Shown here piece after piece: positions 50,501 to 62,500 of a stretch of 64,000 bases of DNA. The stretch's first letter is position 1, and every line of letters starts with the position of its first letter. The notes beneath the pieces are model-generated. The model saw only the letters and a program-made list of their open reading frames with translations. It did no database searches and was not told where the DNA came from. The position numbers and the translations under genes were made by a program. Source of the stretch: Leucoraja ocellata (Eukaryota); the NCBI GenBank assembly GCA_036785375.1, contig JAWMAR010000134.1, positions 5,270,001 through 5,334,000 of the forward strand. Direction: 5' to 3'.

Positions 50501-53500
50501 GTTTTTGCCAGGTACTCTCCCAGTAGGTAGTTTATTGATTAATTGAGCAGTGTTCAACTGCTCAAGGGCCAATAACAGAAAATGCTTGGAACTAGTAAAT
50601 CATGCAGCAAAAAGAGGAACGGAGCTAATATTTCTAATCATTTGTAAAAGTTTGCTTCTTAAAACAGACAACAACACAAACGGTTAAAGGTAAACCAAGT
50701 CAAGCTTTAATCGATTGTCAGACTGGAGTGGCGGGGACCAGTGCAAATAGTATACAGTTATACACTTTTGCTCCACGTGCTTCCACTCTCCAAGCAAAGA
50801 AAGGTTAGTACAGTTGTACTCATCCCTTATCAATAAAACACTCTTACCAAGTCCGAATATGACATGACTGAAAGATACTACAGCTTTTCAGAATACAAGA
50901 AAAGCTGGGTCCACATCTGGTTCCTCCAATAACAAGTTATTGCTTATCTTTGCAATGTCAGCTATATTTTTCAATCTTGTCTCGTCCTTCTTCATGGCCT
51001 TGGACAAACACATGTTATTACTGCAAGCTTCCATCTTAATTTCTATAATAAAACGACAACTTTTACTCCATTTTGTGTACTACATAATATCTGCAAAGTC
51101 AGCAGTATTATACAAACTTGGCGCAGTCATTCTTTTGTTCTTCACCAGACCTTACGTTCTTATAGTAAGTTTCCATCTTAAATTAGTAAGAAGAACAATT
51201 ACAATGACTCCATTTTCTGAACTCTGTATTAACTCGTTCACATTGATCCTTAACCCTTGCTCACGGTTTATTTGATAGGAACTGGACTTTGTGGCTTTAA
51301 AATACATGGTTTCCACAAGGTAATCAAATGCTACACCTTGGGCCCGAAATGTGCATCATGATTGTTTCCAGCATTATTTGTTTTTATTTTGTGTCAGCTT
51401 TAAAAGAAAAAATTCAATAACAGATTAAAGCTGGCTTATATTGATGAGGATAGGACAAGTAGAAAATATGGGATAGAATGCACAGCAGCAAACATTTTAA
51501 ATCCGCTGTGCAGAAAATAGTCAGTAAAATGATTCCTGAAATGTTTTTTTGCAAATCATGCTCCAGGTTACTGAATGTTTTGGATATTTTTACTCTCTCT
51601 CTCAGATGGGAAGATGCGAGGGTTTGCATTTGTTCAGTTCAAGAATGTTCTGGAAGCTGGGAAAGCCTTGAAAGGAATGAACCTGAAGGAAATGAAGGGT
51701 AATGAGAGAATTTTGACAAGTACGGTGAAATGGGGAAGCTGGGTTGAGGGATAGCAGGTTGAAGGGCACAATATCACTGATTTGGGACTCCTGTGATTTT
51801 TGGGGGTAAAGATGGATGTGGGATTGGTTGAGGTGGAGGGGCAGGACAGAGGCAGAGTGGGTGGGGCGAGACATGATTTACAGAGGGTGGGGAAAGGGGA
51901 AGGATATCAGCAGGTGAACGGATGGTGGGTGGCAGTGGAGGAGGGGTTGCTGAGATGAGAAAGAGAAAGTCGGGAGGAAAGACAGGAAGGCTGATTGGGA
52001 GGGGTGAAGGAGAAAAGAATGAGAATTGGGAGTTGGCAATGAGATAAGAAGGGTGAGGTGCATACAGGAGGATATGGTCATTGGTGGAACGACGAGATGA
52101 CGGAAGTAGTGGGATCTAGTGAGAATGGGCAACTCTGGGGCAGACAGGGAAGTGGTTCGTGGCAGCAATGGCATGTGGAATGGATTGTGTCTGATCTTGT
52201 GTTGTTCATCCAGGGCGTCAGATGGCAGTGGACTGGGCAGTGGCAAAGGACAAGTACAGAGCAAAGGTGGATGCTGCTAATGCAGGTAATACAACAGCCC
52301 CTTACAGCTTATGAATAAATTAAAGTTGTGGGGAGTAAAGAGTTCGGGGACATTTTCCAGTGTTTTCCCACTCAGCAGCTTTTCCTGCAGTTTTGTTGCT
52401 CATCTTTCTTCACTACAACATTAATTGCATTTATGTAGCATCCTCAACATAATTCCAGTGAATGCTTCAATTCTAATAAGAGTATACATTCCAATAAGTC
52501 TAAAAAGGACAGAAAAATTGGTAGGTTTTAGAGATTTTAGAAATTTAATGAATGGCAAAGAGGAATATGTCGAGAAGGTTTTCAGATGAGAGGTGATTTA
52601 ATTTCAATGTCCAAGAGGCCAAAACTGAAGGAAAGGAGTGATCTACAAGGGTTGTAGAATTGATAAGTGATGGAAATTGGAAGGACTAGAGCCTGCAGAT
52701 ATTTGAAAACAACTGAGCTGTTTAAAAAAAAAAAAAAAAAAGACAAAGTACCGGTGTAACTCCAACATCTGCAAACTCTATCCTCCTGTACGCACCGCCC
52801 CTTCTCATCCCACTGCCAGACCCAATCAACCCCATTCTCATTTTTGTAAACCAGCATCTGCATCCTTGTATCCACATGAGCTGTTTTAAACTAGGCTTTG
52901 CTGAACCGGGTGTGAGTGTTGCTAGTCAGGAAATAATTTTCTCTTGTAGTGCCATTTGGAATTCTCAATGCAATACATGGTTATTATTGACAGGAGCTGA
53001 GAACAAGGAAACGCATTTGGATGTAGTTAATGATGAAGAGAATGAAGAAGAGGATGGTGAGAGTTCGAGTAAATACAAAAATACTGAACCTACAAAAGAC
53101 CAGAAACCCAAGGTGTCTTGTAAAACAGCTCCCAAGAAAAGGTAAATGAGCATAAATACTAATTGTCCCAAACACTGTTTTCCTATCCATTGTTCCTGGA
53201 CCAAACAGCTGCCTTCTCTGTAGAAAAAAAACTGTCCCGTGATTGGTGTCACTGGAATGTGAGCTGAAGGGACTGAACAGTTTCATTGTGTTCATAATAC
53301 ACAGTTTACACAGTACAGCAAGAAATGGTCAGAAGCAAGAACCATGATTGTTTGGAGCATAGAGACACAAAATGTTAACAGCCCCTTCGACCCAACGAGT
53401 CCATGCTGAACATTGATCATCCGTCCACACTAATTCTACGTGATCCCACTTTCCCCATTTTTATTTCCTCCACAGCCAGATGCAGTGGAAGCTGATTCTT

Positions 53501-56500
53501 GTATCCATTCTACTGTCCGGTTGGGATCCTGGAATTCTAGAAATTGAATTGATTATACTAGACAGAGGGCTTGTATACAAAAACAGGGATGTAATGTTGA
53601 GGCTCTAAAAGGCACTGGTAAAGCTGCATTTGGAATATTGGGAGCAATTCTGGGCACCATAACTGATGAAGGGTGTGCTGGCTCTGGAGAGGATCCAGAG
53701 GAGGTTTACAAGAATGATCCCAGGAATGAGTACGTTAACCTACGATGCGGATTTGTCGGCACTTGGCCTGTACTCGCTGGAGTTTAGAAGAAGAGGGGGG
53801 GACCTCATTGAAACATACAGAATAGTGAAAGGCTTGGATAGAGTGGATGTGGAGAGGATGTTTCAACCAGTGGGAGAGTCTAGGACTAGAGGTCATAGCT
53901 TCGGAATTAAAGGACGTTCTTTAGTCAGAGGGTGGTGAATCTGTCAGAGGGTGGTGGAATTCTTTACCATGGAATGCTGTGGAGGCCAAGTCAGTGGATA
54001 TTTTTAAGGCAGAGATAGATAGATTCTTGATTAGTACAGGTGTCAGAGGTTATGGGGAGAAGGCAGGAGAATGTTGTTGGAGAGATAGATCAGCCATGAT
54101 TGAATGGTGGAGTAGACCTAATGGGCCAAATGGCCTCATTCTACTCCTATTCCTTATGACCTTATAGAAAAGAGCGCAGAGAGGGTTGATCAGGCTGTTG
54201 CATGGGATGGAATATTTGAGCTAAGGGATAGACTGGACAGGCGAGGTTTGATTTCCTTAGTGTGGAGAAAACTGATTAAGCTATTCAAAAATATGACATT
54301 GATCTCAGTCCTACTGAAGAGCTGGCCATCTGATGAATGACCTGTCCTGGCTTCCCACTGTTCCCAAGGCCCCAAGAAAGCCCCCCCTTCTTGTTTCTAA
54401 CTGCATACCAATCTGCTTTTTGGTTTTTACCTGTATAGCAGTGGGAGTAATCCAGAGATTACTACTTTTGAAATCCTACTTGTTCAACTCTGACCTAAAA
54501 AGATCTCAGTTCCTGTCCTCCTTATATCATTAGTACAGATGTATGTAATTTTTTTAATTTTTTTAAAAATAATATTTTTATTAGTAGACATATTATAAAG
54601 TATAGTTCATATTATAGTAAATAAACTTTTCATATACATCAGTCATACATTATTAAAATTTTCAATTGTCGATTACTGCTACTTCTAGTGTTTTTTAAAA
54701 ATATATAGATAAAGAGAGAAAGAGAGAATAAAGAGTTACAAATATCAAAAAAACAAAAAAGGTGGAATGGATTACTTATGATACGTCATTAGATGTATGT
54801 AATTTTTTAGCTAACTCACCTCATTCGTCTACTTTAATTCTGTCGCTTCTTTCAAAACCTTTTCTAATTCTGAACAACTTTCGTAAATTCCCATCTCCAA
54901 TCTCTGTCTTGGGGAAATCTGCCAGCTCCACGAAACGTTGTGATGTTATTGCGCTCAGAATTCCACGTGCAGCTCAACCTTAAAATGACAACTAAACCGA
55001 GGTTGATACATCTATCTGATGAAGACTTGGGCTCATCAAATGTTCTGCATTATGGATTATATTGCAACTATGTCACAGGAAAAGGTAATTTGGCCCAATT
55101 TGTCCATGATCAGAATACAATGTGTTTCAGATCAGTGGTGGAGGAAGAGGAGGAAGACGTCACGGCATCAGATGACGAAATGGGAAGTTCAGAAGCTGAG
55201 ACTAAAGATGATGACGATGACAATGATGATGATGATGATGATGATGATGCGTCCATTGATGAAAACTCAGAGGATAGCGACTTGGAGGAGGAAGATGGTA
55301 CGTTATCTCTTTAAGATATATTTGAAAATTGGTGAAATTTGGGACCTTGGCCAATGATGGAGGGGAAGAACTTTGTGTAGAATTTGCACTCTTTAGTTTA
55401 GAGATACAGCACCAAAACAGGCCCTTCGGCCCACCGAGTCTGCGTCGACCAGCGATCCTCGCACACTGACACTATCCTCTTAAGACGTGGGTTGTTTTTA
55501 TATTTCTGCATTTTTCCTTCAGATGAAAAGCCTGTGAAGAAAAAGAAGTTGAGCAAGGCCAGTCTTTCAGTGGATGTCCATGAAGGACGGACGATCTTCA
55601 TCAGGTAGGAATAGAAGCCTATCATGGAAGAGTGGACGAGAAATCCAAAAATAATTTGATGCCTTTGAATTGTAGTCTTCAATGCAGCAAAACTAGTGGT
55701 GAAACACTCAACACAGCTCATAGAGAAAATAATCTGGTGACTTTAAAAGAGGATTTGTACATTTACCGTTGCCCTCCAGATCAGTAATATTTGTGCACCC
55801 AAACCTCTGGAAAAGTTTGGAGGAATATATATAAAAGCTGAGACATGGGTGATCAAAGTCAGGGGCTTTGGACTTCTTTTTCCCTAACTGGTCCATAAAT
55901 CATCACTGATAGATCATTTTGTGTCCAGCTATGTTCTTAACATGGATCACTCTCTGGTTTTAATTCATTCTGTGCTGTTTGATGAGTGTAACCTTTTGGT
56001 TCCAGCTGGTTTCTCTTGATTTATATCATAGTTTACCACTTTTCTATTTTTCCTGCAGGAATCTGTCTTTTGACACTGAGGAAGATTCACTGGGAGAGCT
56101 ATTGGAGCAGTTTGGAGATCTGAAATATGTTCGTATTGTCATGCATCATGACACAGAGCACTCCAAGGGTGAGGCAAGAGACATAGAACGCTGCTTGGCA
56201 ATAAGATCAGTGCTCAATTGCTGATATTAATGACAAATGCACAATCCATTGTACAGGTCCTCCCCAGGTTATGAATGCCTGACATATGTACAGCCCATAC
56301 ATACGAGCATTTAGGCGAGTGGCGGAATGGCTTTGCTTGCTGCAGCGGGTCTGCTGGCATCTTCTGCCGTGTTTGTGGCAATATCTGGTTAAATATCTGA
56401 ACATAGTGCCTTCAGATGGCTTATGTTTTATTTAAATATATTGCTGGGCGGCTGCATTTGCACTCGTGAACTTGTTTGGGGTTATGGACAGTTCTCCGGA

Positions 56501-59500
56501 CTGGATTCCTGTCATAATCTGGGAGGACTTTATTTAACATAGGTGGAGAGCGGAAAGGTCTAAGAAGTGCTGAGGGTGATGAGTAGTAATTTAGTTAAGT
56601 TTAATTTAGAGTTACAGCATGGAACCAAGTCATTCCGCTCACCGAGTTCTTGTTGACTAACAATCACCCGTTCACACTAGATCTATGTTATCCCAGTTTC
56701 TCATTTACTACCGACACACCAGGGGCAATTTACAGAGGTCAATTATCCTACAAACCCACATGACTGGAATGTGGGAGGAGACCAGAGCACCCGAGTAAAC
56801 CCACGCGGTCACAGAGAGTTGAAACAAGAGCATTTTAGACCAGCAAAAAACTGACAAAGAAAATAATATGGAATATAGAAACCGACGAGAAACCTAAAAA
56901 CAGAGTAGAAGGGCTCGGGAGTTGGTATTGTCGATGGACTGAAGTGGCCACCTCTGTAAAGAAATATGGAAGAGCAAAGTTTATTTAGCTTGTTTTGTCT
57001 TTTCTTTCTCACAAGCACTTGATTTCCACTTGTTGCAGGTTGTGCATTTGCCCAGTTTGTGGCAAAAGAATCAGCACAGAAGTGTGTGGAGGCAGCAGAC
57101 AACCAGTGTGAGGTGAGGAACTGGTGTGTTACCTGAACTGGTGTGGCTCTCTCCAAAACGCTTGCCTGGTAACCATCATCATGCCATCTCCAATACTCTT
57201 CTTCCTGGGAGCTTGAGGATCGCTATACCTCTCTTATTCTTCCCTTCCTCTATCCTTTAGTAGTCTTTAAAACAAGAATCCATAGTCATTTGATTCCACA
57301 CATTGAATTAATGTGATTTGTTTTCATTCATTGGTGATATGCTGCACAGTAAGCTGCAGTTATGCTTCAGTTTCCATAGGCCAGGAGGAAGAAAGTCCAT
57401 TGATAAGGGAGCGACAAGCACATTTCACTCAAACATGATGATTCTATGCTGAAAGGACAGGGCTGCTGAGTGGGGGATGTACTTGTGGGACATTGTGCAA
57501 AAAAGGTTTTTTTACTTAGTGTTTTAGTCAAGAGTGTCATAGGCAAGGTCAACATTCATTGGTTCCCCTTCATTATGCCTGCATAAAGTGGTTATGCCAT
57601 TTCAAATAATATTATTTTGTATTGTCCATATTGCTGTGTGTCTGGAATCGCATATGGGCCAATTTGCAAAGATGGCATATTTCCTTCTCTGAAAGACTTT
57701 GATGAATTAGATGAGTTTTTAAGGTTTTGTGATCATCATGAGTTTTGGTTTTAATTCAGTTTATTAACCTCAGTTTCCATAGTGGGATTTGAAGTGGGCA
57801 CTATGGATTGTTAGCCCAGGCCTCTAGGTTATAATCCCACATCTTAACCATGGCACCAATAAAGTGGTTTAAGGTATATGACTGTGGAGTATGACATGTT
57901 GATTACCACTTTTTTCCCCAGTATGGAAATAATATACTACTAGTGGCCTGTAACTCATCATCTCCTCAACTCCAAAATACTTCCTGCACCAACTCCATCT
58001 CAGTCCGACCTCCTTCAGAGTCATGGTCATCTATTACAGTACTCTTGTTCTACTAATGTTGTAATGAAACGGGGTCAAAATCATCATCTGTAATTTGATG
58101 ACCTTGTCTCACACCACCTGATTCACAATTTCAGCTGTTATGTGGCCATCCATTCTTCATTGGTGGAAGAACAACTTTATCCTCCTAATACAGGATTGCT
58201 TTGTAGGCTTGTTACCATTCTCCTGTCCCTGCTCAGAACCCTTGCTTTGCTTATTTCTTTAACTAGCTCATGGGATTCTCGGGAATTACGTTGGTTGTTT
58301 ACTGATGTGTGACCCAGGCCACTTTTACCTTTCTTTGAGTATGTTCATGGGCATCTGACGTAAACTGGATATTTTTGGTTTTCAGACTGGAGGTCTCAAG
58401 CTGGATGGGAGGAAGCTCAACGTGACCATTGCAGTCAGTCGTGATGAGGCCAAGAAACTGCGGCAAACAAAGTCGGACAAGCCAACTGGAACACGCAACA
58501 TGTACCTGGCACGAGAGGGCTGTAAGTATCCTGAGTAGCAGTTGATCAGCAGGGTTTCACTGTATAATCCCTAAAAGATCAACTGTAGCTAAGGTGTGAT
58601 GGAGTCATAGAGTGGTACAGCGTGGAAACAGGCCCTTCTTGTCCACACCGGCCAATATGTCCCAGCTGCACTAGTCCCACCTGCCCGTGTTTAGTCCATA
58701 TCCCTCCAATTCTGTTCTATCCATGTACCTGTCTAACTGTTTCATAAATATTCAGATAGTCCCTGCCTCAACTACCTCCCCTGGCAGTTTGTTCCATACA
58801 TCCACCAGCCATTGTTACCCCTCAGATTCCTATGAATTCTTTTCCCCTTCGCCTTAAACCAATGACCTCTGGTCCTCGATTCACCTACTCCGGGCAAGAG
58901 ACTCTACAATACAATACCGTTTATTGTCATTTGAACCTCAAATGAAGTTTAAACGAAATTTGGTTTCTGCAGTCATACAACAAGAAAAGAACCAGGACAC
59001 ACACCAACACAATTTACACAAACATCCACGACAGTGAATCTCCTCCTCACTGTGATGGAAGGCAAAGTCTTGTCTCTCCCCTGCTCTCCACTTCTTCTCC
59101 AGATGTCAAATCCCCCGGCGGGCGATGGTAAGTCCCGCAGCGATGTAAGGCTCTGCCCAGGTCTTGATGTTGGAGCCCCCGGCAGGCACTAGCAAGTCCC
59201 GTGGCCGTTAAAGCCGCGCCAGGCGATGTAAGGCCCCGCTCCGGGTCGCCTTCAATCCCGCAATTCGGGCAGGAGAAGATGCCGTTGCGGAAGCTCCATA
59301 AAGCGGTCTCTCACCAGGGACCGCGAGCTCCAGATGTCACCGGCCACCAGGCTTGCGGCCGGAGCCTCCGAAGCTCCGGAGTCGGGCCGCAGCAGCTCAC
59401 CACCACAGCTCTCCACGCAAGCCGGCCAGCTCCACGATGGTGAGTCCGCAGGCTCCGCGACTGGAGCCCGCAGGGCGTTCCGGTTGGAGGCCGCTCCACG

Positions 59501-62500
59501 GTGCTAAGCCCCAACAACAACGGAGACCCGACAGGGAAAAGGTCGGGTCTCCGGTGCAGGGAAGAGATTTAAAAGGTTCCCCTGCCCCCCACACATACAC
59601 AGTTAAAAACAATAAAAAAACACTACAGACTATACACTCAACGGGACAAAAAATTAAAAAAAGACGGACGGACTGCAGAGGCCGCTGCAACATCGGTCGG
59701 CCCACCTGACTATCTGCATCTATCCGCTCTATTCCTCTCATGATTTTATACACCTCAATAAGATCACCCCTCATCCTCCTGTGCTCCAAGGAATAGAGTC
59801 CCAGCCTACACAACCTCTTCTTATAGCTCAGACCCTCTAACTCTTATCTGTACCCTTTCCAGCTTGACAACATCTTTCCTATAACACGGTGCCCAGAACG
59901 GAACACAATACTCTAAATGCGGCCTCACCAACGCCTTATACAATTGCAACATGACCTCTCAACTTCTATACTCAGATCATCAGATGTCGGCCATATTTCA
60001 ATGAGCATCATTCTCGCCTCTGAAATGCGAGGTTGTGGAGGCTCGAAACCATCACCGGAGAACTGAGAGCCCCTCTGATCCATGCTATGATGGATAAAGA
60101 GGTGCAATTGCCCAGACCAATATTTATTTATTAAACAGGTATCATTGGATATGTAGCTTTTGTCATGTTGATGTTTGGGAAACTTTGGTGGGTGCAAATC
60201 GACTACTAAATTTCCCAAATAGCAACGGTGACTGTTTAAACGAATCTTAGTTTTTTGCAGAATATATTTTGACGTTGTAATGTTTAAAAGGTGAAAAATA
60301 ATTTTGTCCATTCAGAGCAAAAATCTCCTGATACTGGTAGGAGAAAAAAAGTCATGTTTTCTTTTTTTTTTCAGTAATTCGAGCTGGAATGAAATCTGCT
60401 GAGGGTATGAGTACTTCAGACATGACCAAGAGGATGCGGGTGAGCTATTTGATCATCCCTCGTTACAAATACAATTACTGTACCCTATTCTCATCCACTT
60501 GTTTCTGGAGGTTGAGAGAATGCTTTCAAGCAGGATTCTTAGCTGGGAAAGATATTTACAGAATGTCAAGTGTCCCATTATATTGGGGACCATCTTCTCA
60601 ATGGGTAGAGCATTGCTAGTGGGTATATTTATAAGATACAAATTGAACAACCAAGTCTGTGTTTACTGGTTTCATGCTGAGAATGTGCATAGCAGGCTGG
60701 GAGTGCATGAGGGAGGGAAACATCAGCTAATTCAGGTGGGAGCAATGTAAGGTACGTGTTGTAGCTCCAGTACCCCTCAGTCCTGCAGTTCTTTCCTGAC
60801 CATTCCTCCTTGATGTCCTCCACGAATAACCATCTTTGTCCAGTGAAACGGGTACAAATTTATTGCAAGACTGACCCCACACTTGTTTTGTGTTTAGTTT
60901 GAGGAGCTTAAGCGGCACAAGTTGAAGGATGTGAATATTTTTGTCTCGCCAACAAGGCTGTGTGTCCACAATGTTCCAAAGTCAGTGACCGACCAACAGC
61001 TTCGGAAACTTTGTTTACAAGCCGCTGGGACAAAGGAAGCTCGGATAAAGGAGGTAAGAGCTAGTGACAATGACATTGTAGTGATATTGGTGGAGGAATG
61101 CACAGACACGTTTATGGAAGAGGAAAGAAAACAAAGGGATACCTGACTTTTCTTGATTAGTACAGGTGCCAGAAGTGTATAGGGGAGAAGGCAGGAGAAT
61201 GGCATTAGGAGGGGGAGATAGATCAGCCACGATTGAATGGTGGAGTAGATTTGATGGGCTGAATGGCCTAATTCTGCTCCTATCACTTATGATCATATGA
61301 CCTGACTAAATCCACCTCCTGTAGTTTGCAGTAGTAATGCTTGAGAGAATGAGCCCAGGGCAGCAGTCAGGTTGAATATTTGAATCATTTTATTAACAGT
61401 GTTGATAAAGTACTTTATGTTTTTGAAATATTAAACATTAAACATCCAACCTCTAGTACTGGATTCCTGTACCTTGCGAAGGACACTGACCATTTACTTT
61501 ATGTATGTCCCTCATGATGTTGAATGCCTTAATAAGGTAATTCCTCAGCCTTCTACAACCCAGGGAAAAAAACATTCCAGTCTATCCATTTTAACTCGAG
61601 TCTTCAAATCTTGATATGGTCCTGGTTAATTTTTGCTGCATCATTTCTAGCTTAATGGCATCTTTCCTATGGCTGGGTGACCAGAACTGCACACAGAAAT
61701 CCAAATGTCTTGTACGGCTGTAACATGATGTCCCAACTCCTGCACCCAGTGCCTATATTGATGAAGACAAGTGTTGCAAATATATTCTCACCAGAGTTAA
61801 TACATATCTCAAATAGTTAAAAATGAGCTGCTGGAGGAATTCAGCAGGTCAGCCAGCATCTGTGGAGGGACTGTCGATATATCGGGTCAAGACTCTTCAT
61901 CTGGGCTGAAAGGTCCATTTCTCGCCACCGATCCTGCCTGACTTGCTGAGTTCCTTCAGCAGCTCTTTTTTTGCTCCAGATACCAGCATTTGCATCCTCT
62001 TGTGTCTCAAATGAAATAGTTAATGTTTCATGCAGTAATTAGGCAGTATCATGGTTTGGGCTGTTTGGTGGCAGATACATTTGTGTTGGGCAAATGTGAC
62101 ACAATGACCATCACCAGCAGGAGGGAGACTCGATTTCTCTACTGGGCACGCAATGGCACTGCTGTCAATACATTATGCGGATCACCAGTGATGAGAAATG
62201 TGGCTGACCTGGGCTTTTGTTCAATGTGGCAGCTAAGTCGAATTGCTGGCCACTTCAATACTTTGTGGTTCGTAATCACATTTCAGTTGACAACTAGGAA
62301 TGGATGCTAGGTGTGGTATTGCCTGTGAGGATGACATCCTGTGTGTGAATAGTAGTAAGAAAATCATGAAAGGAACAATGTCAATTTAGTTTTTGAATCA
62401 AATGTTGATTGCTTTATTTGTGAAGTTTAGGGTGACAACTATCATTTAATATAAGACCGTTAGCATATAATGCCCTTGTTTCACATGTGTTCTCCATTTT

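Noticed and set aside
50940-51275. 111-aa hydrophobic ORF in the inverted-repeat element
   Set aside because: Non-ATG start, composition reflects T-richness, and no domain was recognised.
54940-55020. Possible C/D snoRNA in RBM28 intron 7 (TGATGT...CTGA with an internal hairpin)
   Set aside because: Imperfect C box, no terminal stem and no recognisable rRNA antisense element. Other RTGATGA hits (44650, 47969, 57435, 62189) lack a suitably placed D box.
59201-59813. Overlapping 70-138 aa ORFs on both strands
   Set aside because: Result of a GC-rich repeat insert plus CR1 fragment; no coherent protein.
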